From Octopus bimaculoides (lineage: Eukaryota), in the NCBI RefSeq assembly GCF_001194135.2, contig NC_068982.1, positions 110,291,842 through 110,350,690 of the forward strand: a stretch of 58,849 bases of DNA. The letters run 5' to 3'. Positions 48,842 to 58,849 of this stretch are shown piece after piece. A program made the position numbers and the translations under genes. Each line of letters starts with the position of its first letter. Position 1 is the stretch's first letter. Under the pieces are notes generated by a model. That model searched no databases and was not told where the DNA came from. It saw nothing but the letters and a program-made list of their open reading frames with translations.

Positions 48842-49007
48842 GTAAGACTTGTTGAAAATTTAAAATTATTTGTTCTTCAAGTTTTGTACTGGATTTTCAT
48901 AAGTCAATTGTATTCATTGAAGTACTTTGTCTGGCACTTATTTTGTTGACCTTGTAAAGAGGAAAGGAAAAATCACTCTGGATGTAATTGACAAGGAACA
49001 AAATACT

Positions 49008-49395
49008 TGTTGTTGGCACTCCATCACTTACGACGTCGAGGGTTCCAGTTGATCTGATCAACAGAACAGCCTGCTCATGAAATTAACGTGCAAGCGGCTG
49101 AGCACTCCACTGACACGTGTATCCTTAACATAGTTCTCGGGGATATACAGCATGACACAGAGTGTGACAAGGCTGACCCTTTGAATTACAGGTACAACAG
49201 AAACAGGAAGTAAGAGTGAGAGAAAGTTGTGGTGAAAGAGTACAGCAGGGTTTGCCACCATCTCCTGCTGGAGCCTCATGGAGCTTTAGGTGTTTTCACT
49301 CAATAAACACTCACAACACCCGGTCTAGGAATCGAAACCGCGATCCTATAACCACGACTCCGCTGCCCTAACTGCTGGGCCATTGCGCCTCCACA
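49008..49395 (-). mobile_element. Full-length SINE family C in HOGA1 intron 3, 12-bp TSD
   Basis: gaacaaaatact at 48996-49007 and 49396-49407. Confidence 0.92.
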
Positions 49396-51215
49396 GAACA
49401 AAATACTATGAAGTAGTTTTTGATAAACACATTCTGCTATCCATTACTGATGTGCATACATACATATGTTTTATTTTTAACAAGCAGAATGCACAAAGTG
49501 ACTCAAAGGATAAGATCTTGATAAATGGCATACATGATACTCTTGGCCCTTGAGTCACTTGGTAGCTTCTGCCTATTAAAAATTAAAAAATACTCACTCA
49601 TGTTTTGTGTTCTATTTCTATCCTGTTTGTACTACTATCAAACCTACATATTTACATGTGCGTGTTATGATTTTGACAATTTACCAGATGAAACTGTAGT
49701 AAATTATTATCTTAAACCATCCCTTCAACTCAATTTAAATTATTTTTATGGCTGGTGTCTAGCATTAAGCCCTTTATATGTTGGAATATATTGTAATATT
49801 GCACATCAGTGCAGTATTACAATTTATCAAGCTATCTCTCTCTCTCATATGTTTGTTTTCTCTGTGATCTGATAACTAGAGATCAAGCTGAATAGTTTCA
49901 GCTTTATTTACTGCTTCAGTTATGGACTACCACCTACCTTCCTAACTACATAGACATTAGTAGGTTATGGCTATTCATTGCATGCACAAACTCTGATAAA
50001 ACTAAATTAGTCAGTCCTAATTTGCATGACAATATAATCATTGGCAACATGAATTATTTATGAATAAGATAATAAGATCACTATACAACACATGGATAGA
50101 CATAAAAAATTAAAGAAAGGAAAAAAAAACGTGGTATAACCATAGTATCTACTTTTTACAGCAAAGGTAAAAATTTATGTTCACTAAAAACACATATTTG
50201 TAAATTTAACTTATATCTCTGCTTATCCTAACACTGTGTAGTTTCTCATTATCATCATCATCATCACCACTTAACTTTCGTTGGACAGTTTGACAAAGAC
50301 TGGCAAACCAGAGAACTATGCCAAATTCTATTGTCTGCTTTGACATGGTTTCTATGGCTGGATACCCTTCCTAATGCCAACCACTTTATAGAGTATACTG
50401 GATGCTTTTTTTTTATGGCACCAGCACCAAGTAACTTTAAAAACAATACAAAGTCTCCCTCAACTGGAGGGAGTAGTATTGATGGAGGTGGCTTTGTGTC
50501 AGTTGACGAGAGGTTAAACGAATAAGATGGATAGAGATAGGTGTCTTGCTGTAGAAGAGATACAAGGATATTCTAGTTGGAGAAATAGGGAGAAGCAAAC
50601 TTTGAGAGAAAGATAGAGAGTGGGAGAGATGGTGGTGGATATGTGTCAGGACATACCCTCAAGGTTCAGTGGGGGGGGGGAGAATATAGGTGAAATGACA
50701 CAGAAGACTGGATGGAGAAAGCATTGGGAAAATTTCATAAGAATGTGATGGGGAGATAGATGGGATAAAGGTGGCTATATAATTAATTATAATTTATGCT
50801 TGTATGTATGTATGCATAGTCAATCAGTTTTCAAGCATTTTCCACCATGCTGTAGACCAGTTCAACTTCCTTGGGTCCCCTCAGCAATTCTGCATCACCC
50901 AAGCCAAACTCTTAGCCTCCCATTAGCTTCATACACACACACCAGATTCACACTTTTCCCTTCCCCCACCTTACCACTCATGCCTCTAGCAACCTCTTCC
51001 TCTTCTGGTCATTTTAGCATGCAGTAACCATCTTACTGAAATACATTTTTTCTTTTCTCTCTCCATTTGTTCTCTCTTATTCTATTCTCTCAGTAGAAGA
51101 ATGTATGCTTGAAACGTAAAAAATTTTCCCTTCTATTTTTCCTGAGTGTAAACCTAATAGACTCTGTTTTATTACTTCGTCTTTTGTTTTTTGCACTATA
51201 TACATATATATATTT

Positions 51216-51548
51216 GGTGGCACAATGGCCGCAGTTTCGATTCCCAGACCGGGCGTTGTGAGTGTTTATTGAGCGAAAACACCTAAAGCTCCAAGAGGCT
51301 CCGGCAGGGGATGGTGGCAAACCCTGCTGTACTCTTTCACCACAACTTTCTCTTACTTCCTGTTTCTGTTGTGCCTGTAATTCAAAGGGTCAGCCTTGTC
51401 ACACTGTGTCACGCTGAATATCCCCGAGAACTAAGTTAAGGGTACATGTGTCTGTGGAATGCTCAGCCACTCGCACGTTAATTTCACGAGCAGGCTGTTC
51501 CGTTCATTGGATCAACTGGAACCCTCGACGTCGTTAGCGACGGAGTAC

Positions 51549-51555
<7 letters not shown>
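51216..51555 (+). mobile_element. SINE family C in HOGA1 intron 3 (head partly deleted), embedded in (TA)n
   Basis: Body near-identical to the other family C copies. Confidence 0.9.
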
Positions 51556-51591
<36 letters not shown>

Positions 51592-51652
51592 ATCCATTTA
51601 GTATTAACTGTTGGAAAAAAGAGTACTCAATACCATAGTAGAAATTAATTAT

Positions 51653-51772
51653 GTCAGTCTCTTGCTACTCTGAGTTTCACCTGTGAGTGCACAAAATTTT
51701 CAGATAAGTTATGGATCATAACTGAAAATCTTATTTACCCACAGGTGAAACTCAGAGTAGCAAGAGATTGAC
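51653..51772 (+). repeat. 120-nt near-perfect hairpin (33-bp outer stem) in HOGA1 intron 3
   Basis: 51653-51685 pairs with 51740-51772 (32 Watson-Crick pairs plus 1 G-U); inner stems ttttcag/ctgaaaa and ttatg/cataa. Confidence 0.9.
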
Positions 51773-52760
51773 CCAAACAAAATAAAATATACACAAATAC
51801 ATGTATACATATGTACATATGTATGCTTCTGCTATTTTTGTGCTAGAAAGATGAAAACATTGATCTCATTAAATTATATACATATATATTTAAATGTAGT
51901 GCCCTAGTATGGTTGCAATCCAGTGAGTGAAACTTTTAAAAGAAGATAAGAAATTATGAGAGGACTCCATGATGAAGGAGACATGGACTCTGCATGTAAC
52001 ATCATTAGCCACCTGTCTAGGAGGACAATAACACTGAATAATATCTGATACAAAGTAGAGAGGACTTTTTAGTCCTGCCATAGAAAACCCCTCTAACACT
52101 AATAGCATGATAGAATATATCACAGTCCTTGGTGTAAAGTGGGCAAAACACTAAGAGACTTCTAGAAATGAGAATGATAATGGATTTCCCATCAGTGTCA
52201 ACAATGAACATTTAGTTGTTCAGCCAATTGATTTCCTATTCATGAAGTCAATATGTAAGGAGTTGAGGCTTCCACAGGAACATGTACTCTTAATTAATTC
52301 TCAGGCTAAACATGTGTAACAAAATATAATGTTACTGAGCCTTTTGAATTTACAGTCAGATGTAATTCATAAAAGAAAGAGAGAGTTGGCCCTCTTTACT
52401 AATATTATATTTATTAACTACAAAAAAATGGAAGACAAAGTTGAGTCTACTATTGACATATAATAATTTGATATCCTGGTATTGATATGTTATAACCAAG
52501 CATCTCAGCATTTATTTATTTATTATAACTTAATATCTCACTATTGATTTATAACTCAACACCTGATGATTGATATATTGTAACCTGATATTTTCATATT
52601 AACATATTATAACCTAACCTCTCTATTTTGACATGTAACTCAATATCTCAGTATATACATAACATAGTTTCAAACTAGTCATTTATCTTTCGAATAACTT
52701 TGCAGGGCTCTTGTTAATTTTCTTACATTCAAACTTGATTCAGTTTTCTTCTCATTACAG

Positions 52761-52895
52761 GTTGCTGATAACAGCTTAATTCCAATACTTCTCTACAGTG
52801 TTCCTTCAAATACAAGTATTGATTTAGCTGAAGATGTGATAATACAGTTGGCTGATCATCCCAATATTATTGGTCTCAAAGATAGTGGAGGAAAT
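52761..52895 (+). CDS. HOGA1: HOGA1 exon 4 (135 nt; catalytic Tyr of LYSVP and Schiff-base Lys of GLKDSG)
   Basis: attacag|GTT GCT GAT...; VADNSLIPILLYSVPSNT...HPNIIGLKDSGGN; donor AAT|gtaagt; phase 0 at both ends. Confidence 0.96.
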
Positions 52896-53299
52896 GTAAG
52901 TATCTTGTTGGCAAATACTGACTTTATTGATCTCTTAGATAATATTAGCCTGCTAAACTTGTATTAGTGTCACTTTGGAGACACATACAAAGAACTAAAG
53001 AGTTGTAGGTTTCTAAACATTACTATATAGAGTTTAACTATGAACTATGGTTAGAAATTATAAGTGGCCAGAAACAAATCTGTCATTTTCATTATATGAG
53101 ACCTCTGGTTAACAGGCACTTGGTTCTCCAGACCTCTTCTATGTCAACAAACATCTTGATATCAAACCCGGTGAGGATCATGAGAAACATATATGTGCCC
53201 TTCCAGTGAGCAGAGACAACTTATACAGGATTCTATCCACTGCATGTAATTCTCATGATACGGCCAATGAGACTAGATAAGAGTTTATAAAGGAGCCAA

Positions 53300-53950
53300 A
53301 GAAAGCTTGAAACCATTATCTGCAATGACACTAATGCCATATACCCCATGTACTGTTGCAAATTCTGAAACAGACTTGAAAGAAAAATAGAAAATTTGAA
53401 CAAGAAAAACTCCTGGTTTGATATTCAACAATGCTACATACAACTAGAGGTAAACTAGGTTGCAAATTTAGAAAAGCATTACTTGACACAAAACTTAGCA
53501 TCAAAATAGTAGACAAACCAAGCAGAGCCATCAACTCACTACTATGAAAACCACACCCATCTGAGAAAACACCTAGCATGGAAAACAACTAACCCAAGAA
53601 TAAACTGCAAAACTAAAAATATTGTATACCTTATGAGATGCATAGGGAGACAATGAAAAGACATTGCACAACCTATATAGGAGAGACATGTGCAGTTAAC
53701 ATAAGATTGCAGAACACTAGTGAGAGTACAATAAAAAGAAACAAACATTCATTCTCTATTAGCCTACCATACAGAAACACAATAGCTCATTAAAAATGTT
53801 GAAGTATAAATTCTTTCTAGACATCCAAAAGACTAAACCTTATGACAGATGAGAGAAATACAGGAAGTAGACCCTGCCCACACAATATAAAGAACAAGTA
53901 ATGTAACAACACTTCACTAATGATAACCCATCACCACAATAATACAAGAG
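53300..53950 (+). mobile_element. Penelope-like element remnant (linker plus GIY-YIG endonuclease) in HOGA1 intron 4
   Basis: acctatataggagagaca = TYIGET (53671-53688), followed by ..IRLQ, as in PLE YIGETxRxLxxRxxEH; many stops. Confidence 0.55.
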
Positions 53951-54006
53951 TAAAGATAAAATAAGTTGAACAATTGACTAACACACATATACATTCTAAT
54001 GACAGT

Positions 54007-54374
54007 TGGCACTCCGTCGCTTACGACGTCGAGGGTTCCAGTTGTTCCGATCAACGGAACAGCCTGCTCGTGAAATTAACGTGCAAGTGGCTGAGCACTC
54101 CACAGACACGTGTACCCTTAACGTAGTTCTCGGGGATATTCAGCGTGACACAGTGTGACAAGGCTGACCCTTTGAATTACAGGCACAACAGAAACAGGAA
54201 GAAAGAGTGAGAGAAAGTTGTGGTGAAAGAGTACAGCAGGGTTTACCACTATCCCCTGCCAGAGCCTTGTGGAGCTTTAGGTGTTTTCTCTCAATAAACA
54301 CTCACAACACCCGGTCTGGGAATCGAAACCGCAATCCTATGACTACAAGTCCGCTGCCCTAACCACTGGGCCTC
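54007..54374 (-). mobile_element. SINE family C in HOGA1 intron 4, 11-bp TSD
   Basis: ctaatgacagt at 53996-54006 and 54375-54385. Confidence 0.92.
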
Positions 54375-55127
54375 CTAATGACAGTAACAACAAAAAGAAG
54401 CAAAGTAAACACTAATGTCATTAACTCATATTTAAAAAGATGCAACAACAGTAAAATCAGTTAAAAACCAATTATTTAAAAATACACCCCCACTGATGTG
54501 AAAAATATTTGGGGGAACATAAATAAACAAGTGCCTTGGAAAAGGAAAAGAAATATATACAAAGAATAACTGGTATGTTTATAGGCTTTATTAGTTGACT
54601 CTTCCCAAATAGGCATACTTTTATTAGAACTAAATGGGTTTACTGTTTCAGATATTCATTCAGTTAATATTGTATCTTGTACTGAGACTAGCTAAATAAA
54701 CAATTCCATTGGAATTAGAGATTCTGTTATGCAAAGGATGTTAAGCTATAAACTGTGATGGCTCATAACTTGTAACAGTAGTTTAAGCTGCAGTGGCTTG
54801 TAACTGTATAATTGTACATCCATTCATATTATCAATCTTCCTATCAAAAGTTTATTGGTTCACATATGGAAATATATAGGCTATAATAACTCAAATTAAG
54901 CGGTAGTTATTGGTTGCTAAAATGGTTTGATAAGGTTGATATGTCAATTGAGCTGAGTAGCTTATAATCAAAACCAGCAATGTTATGCATAGAGATTGGT
55001 ATTAATGCTGTATAGGCTTGTAGTAAAAATGGCTTAATAAGAAGTGACTTACTCTACTGGCTACATGACGCTCTGCAGTCAGTCTATGGAGAAGCAAAAA
55101 AAAACAATCAGTCTTTCTTTCAAGACA

Positions 55128-55480
55128 TCCTTCAGACATGGCTTTGTGGTAAGAAATTTGCTTCCCAACCACTTGGTTATGGTTTCAGTCTCATTGTGTA
55201 ACATTTTGAGCAAGGGTTTTCTACTACAGCCCTAGACTGACCAAAACCTTGTGAGTGGGTTTGGTAGTCAGAAACTAAAACTCATCATGTGTGTGTGTGT
55301 GTGTGCATGTCCACCACTACTTGACAACTGGTATTGATTTGTTTATGTCCCTGTAACTTGGTAATTTGACAAAAGAGACCAACAGAACAAGTACTGGGGT
55401 CGATCTGTTTAACTGAACCCCTTCAATGTGGAGCTCCAGCATGGTCACAGTCCAATGATTGAAACAAGTAAAAGCTAGTT
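55128..55480 (+). mobile_element. SINE family B, degenerate, in HOGA1 intron 4
   Basis: ggctttgtggtaagaa..ttgcttcccaaccac..ccttgtgagtgggtttggtag..ttgaaacaagtaaaag. Confidence 0.7.
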
Positions 55481-56535
55481 TGTTATTTGACTCAGTCCAT
55501 TTCTTGTATAATCCTCACTTTTATCCATGCCAGCATGGAAAACTGACTTTAAATGATAAATGGAGCTTGTTTGGCGTCAATCCACATCACAAAACACTAT
55601 CAGCTATCTTCATTCAATAGAAAGTGGTATCATTTTTTACTGCTGCTGCTGCTGTCAATACATAGGCATTGTTTATATTCAAAACAAACTTTATATTAAA
55701 TATGTGGGTGTAAGTTCATATCATTCACATGTCAGAAAATAGTTTCGCTTTTATTTATAAACAATTCACAAAACAACTCTTTTTGGTTCCCACATTACTC
55801 CCTTACTAACACAAAAAGTACTTGCCATCCTGAACAAGGATGACTTCGCTTTCCACACAGCCAGCATTGATAAAATGTTAATACAGTTGATCTAATTGAC
55901 TATATTTCCCCAGCACACTAATAAAAATATTGTTACAGTTACAACTTATGACTTTGTGCATGTGTGAGAGAGTTGTAGTAGAAACTGCTTTTGTTTTGTT
56001 ACTGAAATCCACCAGAAACAGTTATGTTTTCCATTATTTGAACAATGTATAGGTATTTGACCTGCTAGAAATAACTGCCAGAGCTCCCTCAAATCACATT
56101 TCAGAGTTTGATATTCAACAATGCTACATCGTTTTGTGTCGACCGTGCGACACCTAGAGGTGAACTAGGTTGCAAATTTAGAAAAGCATTACTTGACACA
56201 AAACTTAGCATCAAAGTAGTAGACAAACCAAGCAGAGCCATCAACTCACTACCATGAAAACTACACCCATCTGAGAAAACACCTAGCATGGAAAACAAAT
56301 CACATTCTACCAACTTATTGGAAAATGTTGAGATACACTAGTCTAAAAACAAAACTGGATTGTCACTACTAGAATGCCTTTGATTACAGGTCTATTCAAT
56401 CAGAGATAACTTGGGAGTTAAACAACAGCACATATTCATATATAACACAGAAAAATTAAATGAGCTCACAGCAAGAAATAAATAACTTGTCACCCAATCA
56501 ATTCACTGCAAAACATTTGTTTCTTTCTTTTCCAG

Positions 56536-56632
56536 ATTGCCAAATTAAGCAACATTATATTTGCTACAAAAAATAAAGACTTCCAAGTACTAGCAGGATC
56601 TGCAAGTTTTTTGTATCCAGCGTTGATGGCAG
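56536..56632 (+). CDS. HOGA1: HOGA1 exon 5 (97 nt)
   Basis: tttccag|ATT GCC; IAKLSNIIFATKNKDFQVLAGSASFLYPALMA; donor G|gtatgt. Confidence 0.95.
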
Positions 56633-56715
56633 GTATGTATTGAGTTACATACAAATTCAATGTGGGATTTGTTGAAGATCTAACCAATTAAACATCTATT
56701 TTTCTCTTTTTAAAG

Positions 56716-56849
56716 GTTGTGTAGGAGGAGTTTGTGCTTTGGCCAATGTCTTAGGAAAAGATGTTTGTAATTTGCAGTCACTGTTTGAAAAAGGGTTACA
56801 CAGCTCTGCCAAAGACCTACAGCTGAGATTGGTGGCGCCAAATCAAGCG
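56716..56849 (+). CDS. HOGA1: HOGA1 exon 6 (134 nt)
   Basis: ttaaag|GT TGT; GCVGGVCALANVLG...LQLRLVAPNQA; donor GCG|gttagt. Confidence 0.95.
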
Positions 56850-57451
56850 GTTAGTCTCTTGCCTTAGATTCCTTCATTTCTGTACATTATATTTGTTGTT
56901 GAAAGATAACATTTAGAATTTATAATGCTGGCACAAAGCCACAAATAGTGAGAGGAGGAATGAACTAATTTAGTCAACACTTATTAATTGAAAGACAAAG
57001 TTGCCTCTGGGTGAGATTTACTACATCATTATAGAAAAAGTGGCAGATGGTAGAATCAGAAGAGAATTAGTTAAATTACCTTGCAGTAATATGTCTCCTT
57101 TACATTTTGAGTACCATTTCCACTGAGGTTATCTTCATTTACATTCTTCAAGAGTTCAAATAAGTACCAGATGATTGCATGGATAACTCTTTCCCAACCA
57201 CATGGTTCTAGGTTTGATTCACTGCTCATTACCTTAGGCAGGTGTCTTCTAACATAATTCCAGGTTGACCAATATCTTGAGTGGCATTTGGTAGATGGAA
57301 ACTATGCAGAAGCCTATCATGCATGCGTGTATGTGTGTGTGTGTGTGTGTGCAGGCATCCAGCTGTAAAATACTACCTCAGCAACATGGAAAAACCAGAA
57401 GTAAAATGATAAATAGCAGTCTTAAATATTTTTTTAAATATATATTTTCAG

Positions 57452-57604
57452 GTTACAGCTAAATATGGTATACCAGGCCTAAAAGTTGCTATGGACTGGT
57501 TTGGTCTCTATGGTGGCCATCCACGATCACCTCTTCAACCTCTCACAGAAGAACAAGCATTGAAAATGAAAGAAGATTTTACCACTAGGAATTTTATGCA
57601 ATAA
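57452..57604 (+). CDS. HOGA1: HOGA1 exon 7 (terminal)
   Basis: ttttcag|GTT ACA; [31 protein letters not shown]...NFMQ*. Spliced CDS 1008 nt, 335 aa. Confidence 0.95.
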   Translation, partial: VTAKYGIPGLKVAMDWFGLYGGHPRSPLQPLTEEQALKMKEDFTTRNFMQ

Positions 57605-58112
57605 AAATGTATTTTATTGGTTTTTGATATGGAATACTACTTCTGGTACAGTTGTCAAAACTTCTTGGAAAAAAGGAATAATATATTTACAGGAAACTAT
57701 TTTTCTCCGGTTTGAAAATTTAACAATGAAATTTTTTAATTATGATTAATAATATAAATCAAATTTTTCATCAAGAACTTAATCCCACCCCAGAAAATTA
57801 TTGTGGATAAACAAAATTCTTTTTATAATTTTATGATTTTAAATTCTTTGATTGCAATATTTTGAGTTTAAATTCTCTGTTACATAAAACAGTTTTCACC
57901 AAGGTTTGCAGCTTGTCAGAAAATAAGTTCCGATGAATAACATATTTATTGGTATTAGAGTGACAAACAAACCACTTTGTTAACCCAGGGCTATAGTAAA
58001 AGACATTTGCCCAAGGTGTCATACAGTAGGACTGAACCTGAAATCATGTGGTTGGGAAGCAAACTATTACAGCCACACTTGTGCCTGTTATATGCATGTT
58101 TATAGACCAAAT

Positions 58113-58184
58113 GGGTATGAGATTTAGTGGTTAGGACTCTTGGTTTTTACCCAGGTGGTCCAGGTTTGATTCCTGGCATACAAA
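58113..58184 (+). pseudogene. tRNA-Glu(TTC)-derived pseudogene or SINE head
   Basis: tagtggttagga-ct-cttgg-tttttac-ccagg-tggt-ccagg-tttgatt-cctgg-catac follows the tRNA-Glu-TTC layout (CCTGG TTTTCAC CCAGG CGGC CCGGG TTCGAxT CCCGG), differing mostly by C>T and G>A changes. The TTCG B-box is mutated to TTTG. Confidence 0.55.
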
Positions 58185-58488
58185 TGTTACTTGTTTTGTG
58201 AAGTTGCATAGCCAAGTGGTTATGGTGCTGGACTCATTGTCATAAGGTCAATACCTAGGCCAGGCAAGGGCTACTGCAGCCCTTTTTCCCACTAGCAGTC
58301 ACATCCTCTGTTTTTTGGGGTCAAATGTGGGAGAGCCAAGGGGGTGTCTGTCTGTTTGTGAGTACACAGGTACTTAAAACAATTAGTGAAAGCATGGCTG
58401 CCAGATCATACTCAGTCACAAGTGACAGCTCTCTCTAGATATATATATATACACACACACACGAAGATGAAGCCTTGACTATATATAT

Positions 58489-58798
58489 GCCGTTGCCAGT
58501 ACCGCCTGACTGGCTCCCATAGGATTTTCGAGCGAGATCGTTGCCAGTGCCCCTGGACTGGCTTGTGCGGGTGGCACATAAAAGACACCATTTCGAGCGT
58601 GGCCGTTTTCGTGCGGGCGACACGTAAAAGCACCCAATACACTCTCTGAGTGGTTGGCATTAGGAAGGGCATCCAGCTGTAGAAACTCTGCCAAATTAGA
58701 TTGGAGCCTGGTGTTGCCATCCGGTTTCACCAGTCCTCAGTCAAATCGTCCAACCCATGCTAGCATGGAAAGCGGACGTTAAACGATGATGATGATGA
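58489..58798 (+). mobile_element. RTE 3' UTR fragment with (GAT)n tail
   Basis: Near-identical to 37321-37649, with an internal deletion. Confidence 0.9.
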
Positions 58799-58849
58799 TA
58801 TATATATATATAGTCAAGGCTTCATCTTCATCCACCTTGATAGCCTCTC

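Noticed and set aside
43136-57604. DapA/DHDPS-like enzyme as a possible horizontal transfer from bacteria
   Set aside because: It has six spliceosomal introns, a transit peptide and HOGA1-specific motifs, so it is an ordinary animal gene.
34395-57604. GFER and HOGA1 adjacency as a mitochondrial gene cluster
   Set aside because: Two neighbouring mitochondrial-protein genes with unrelated pathways is weak evidence; synteny data would be needed.
58113-58184. Functional tRNA-Lys(TTT) gene
   Set aside because: The acceptor stem has only 5 pairs, the B-box TTCG is mutated, and the body matches tRNA-Glu(TTC) with deamination-type changes, so it is treated as a relic.

Overview
Eukaryotic, AT-rich, microsatellite- and transposon-dense scaffold with seven N-gaps (6555-6564, 7336-7410, 8938-9536, 16383-16692, 29033-29633, 37190-37320, 41793-42280). 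It is most likely an octopus (coleoid cephalopod) genome; this is inferred from the KRAB-less tandem C2H2 gene, the tRNA-derived SINE families and the RTE LINE tails. Three host genes are supported: a single-exon 21-finger C2H2 zinc-finger ORF (minus, 23834-25621), a 3-coding-exon ERV1/ALR (GFER) sulfhydryl oxidase (plus, 34395-38962, 200 aa) and a 7-exon HOGA1 (plus, 43136-57604, 335 aa). I reconstructed the two spliced genes by hand from GT-AG junctions. The rest is mostly decayed mobile DNA: Tx1/L1-like LINE, two mariners, Gypsy gag-pol, RTE, CRE-clade and Penelope remnants, SINEs, and foldback/MITE-like palindromes. The most interesting signals are: (1) two type-I hammerhead-ribozyme-like motifs in direct repeats about 2.55 kb apart (retrozyme/Penelope pLTR-like); (2) three oppositely oriented copies of one SINE around HOGA1 exon 4, an in-frame exon carrying the catalytic Tyr and Lys (candidate circRNA, exon-skipping or ADAR substrate); (3) a CRE-clade endonuclease element with an inverted partner; (4) an RTE tail bracketed by a perfect 26-bp inverted repeat; (5) a 120-nt intronic hairpin. 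No prokaryotic system (CRISPR, operon) is present. All alignments were done by eye and no database search was run.
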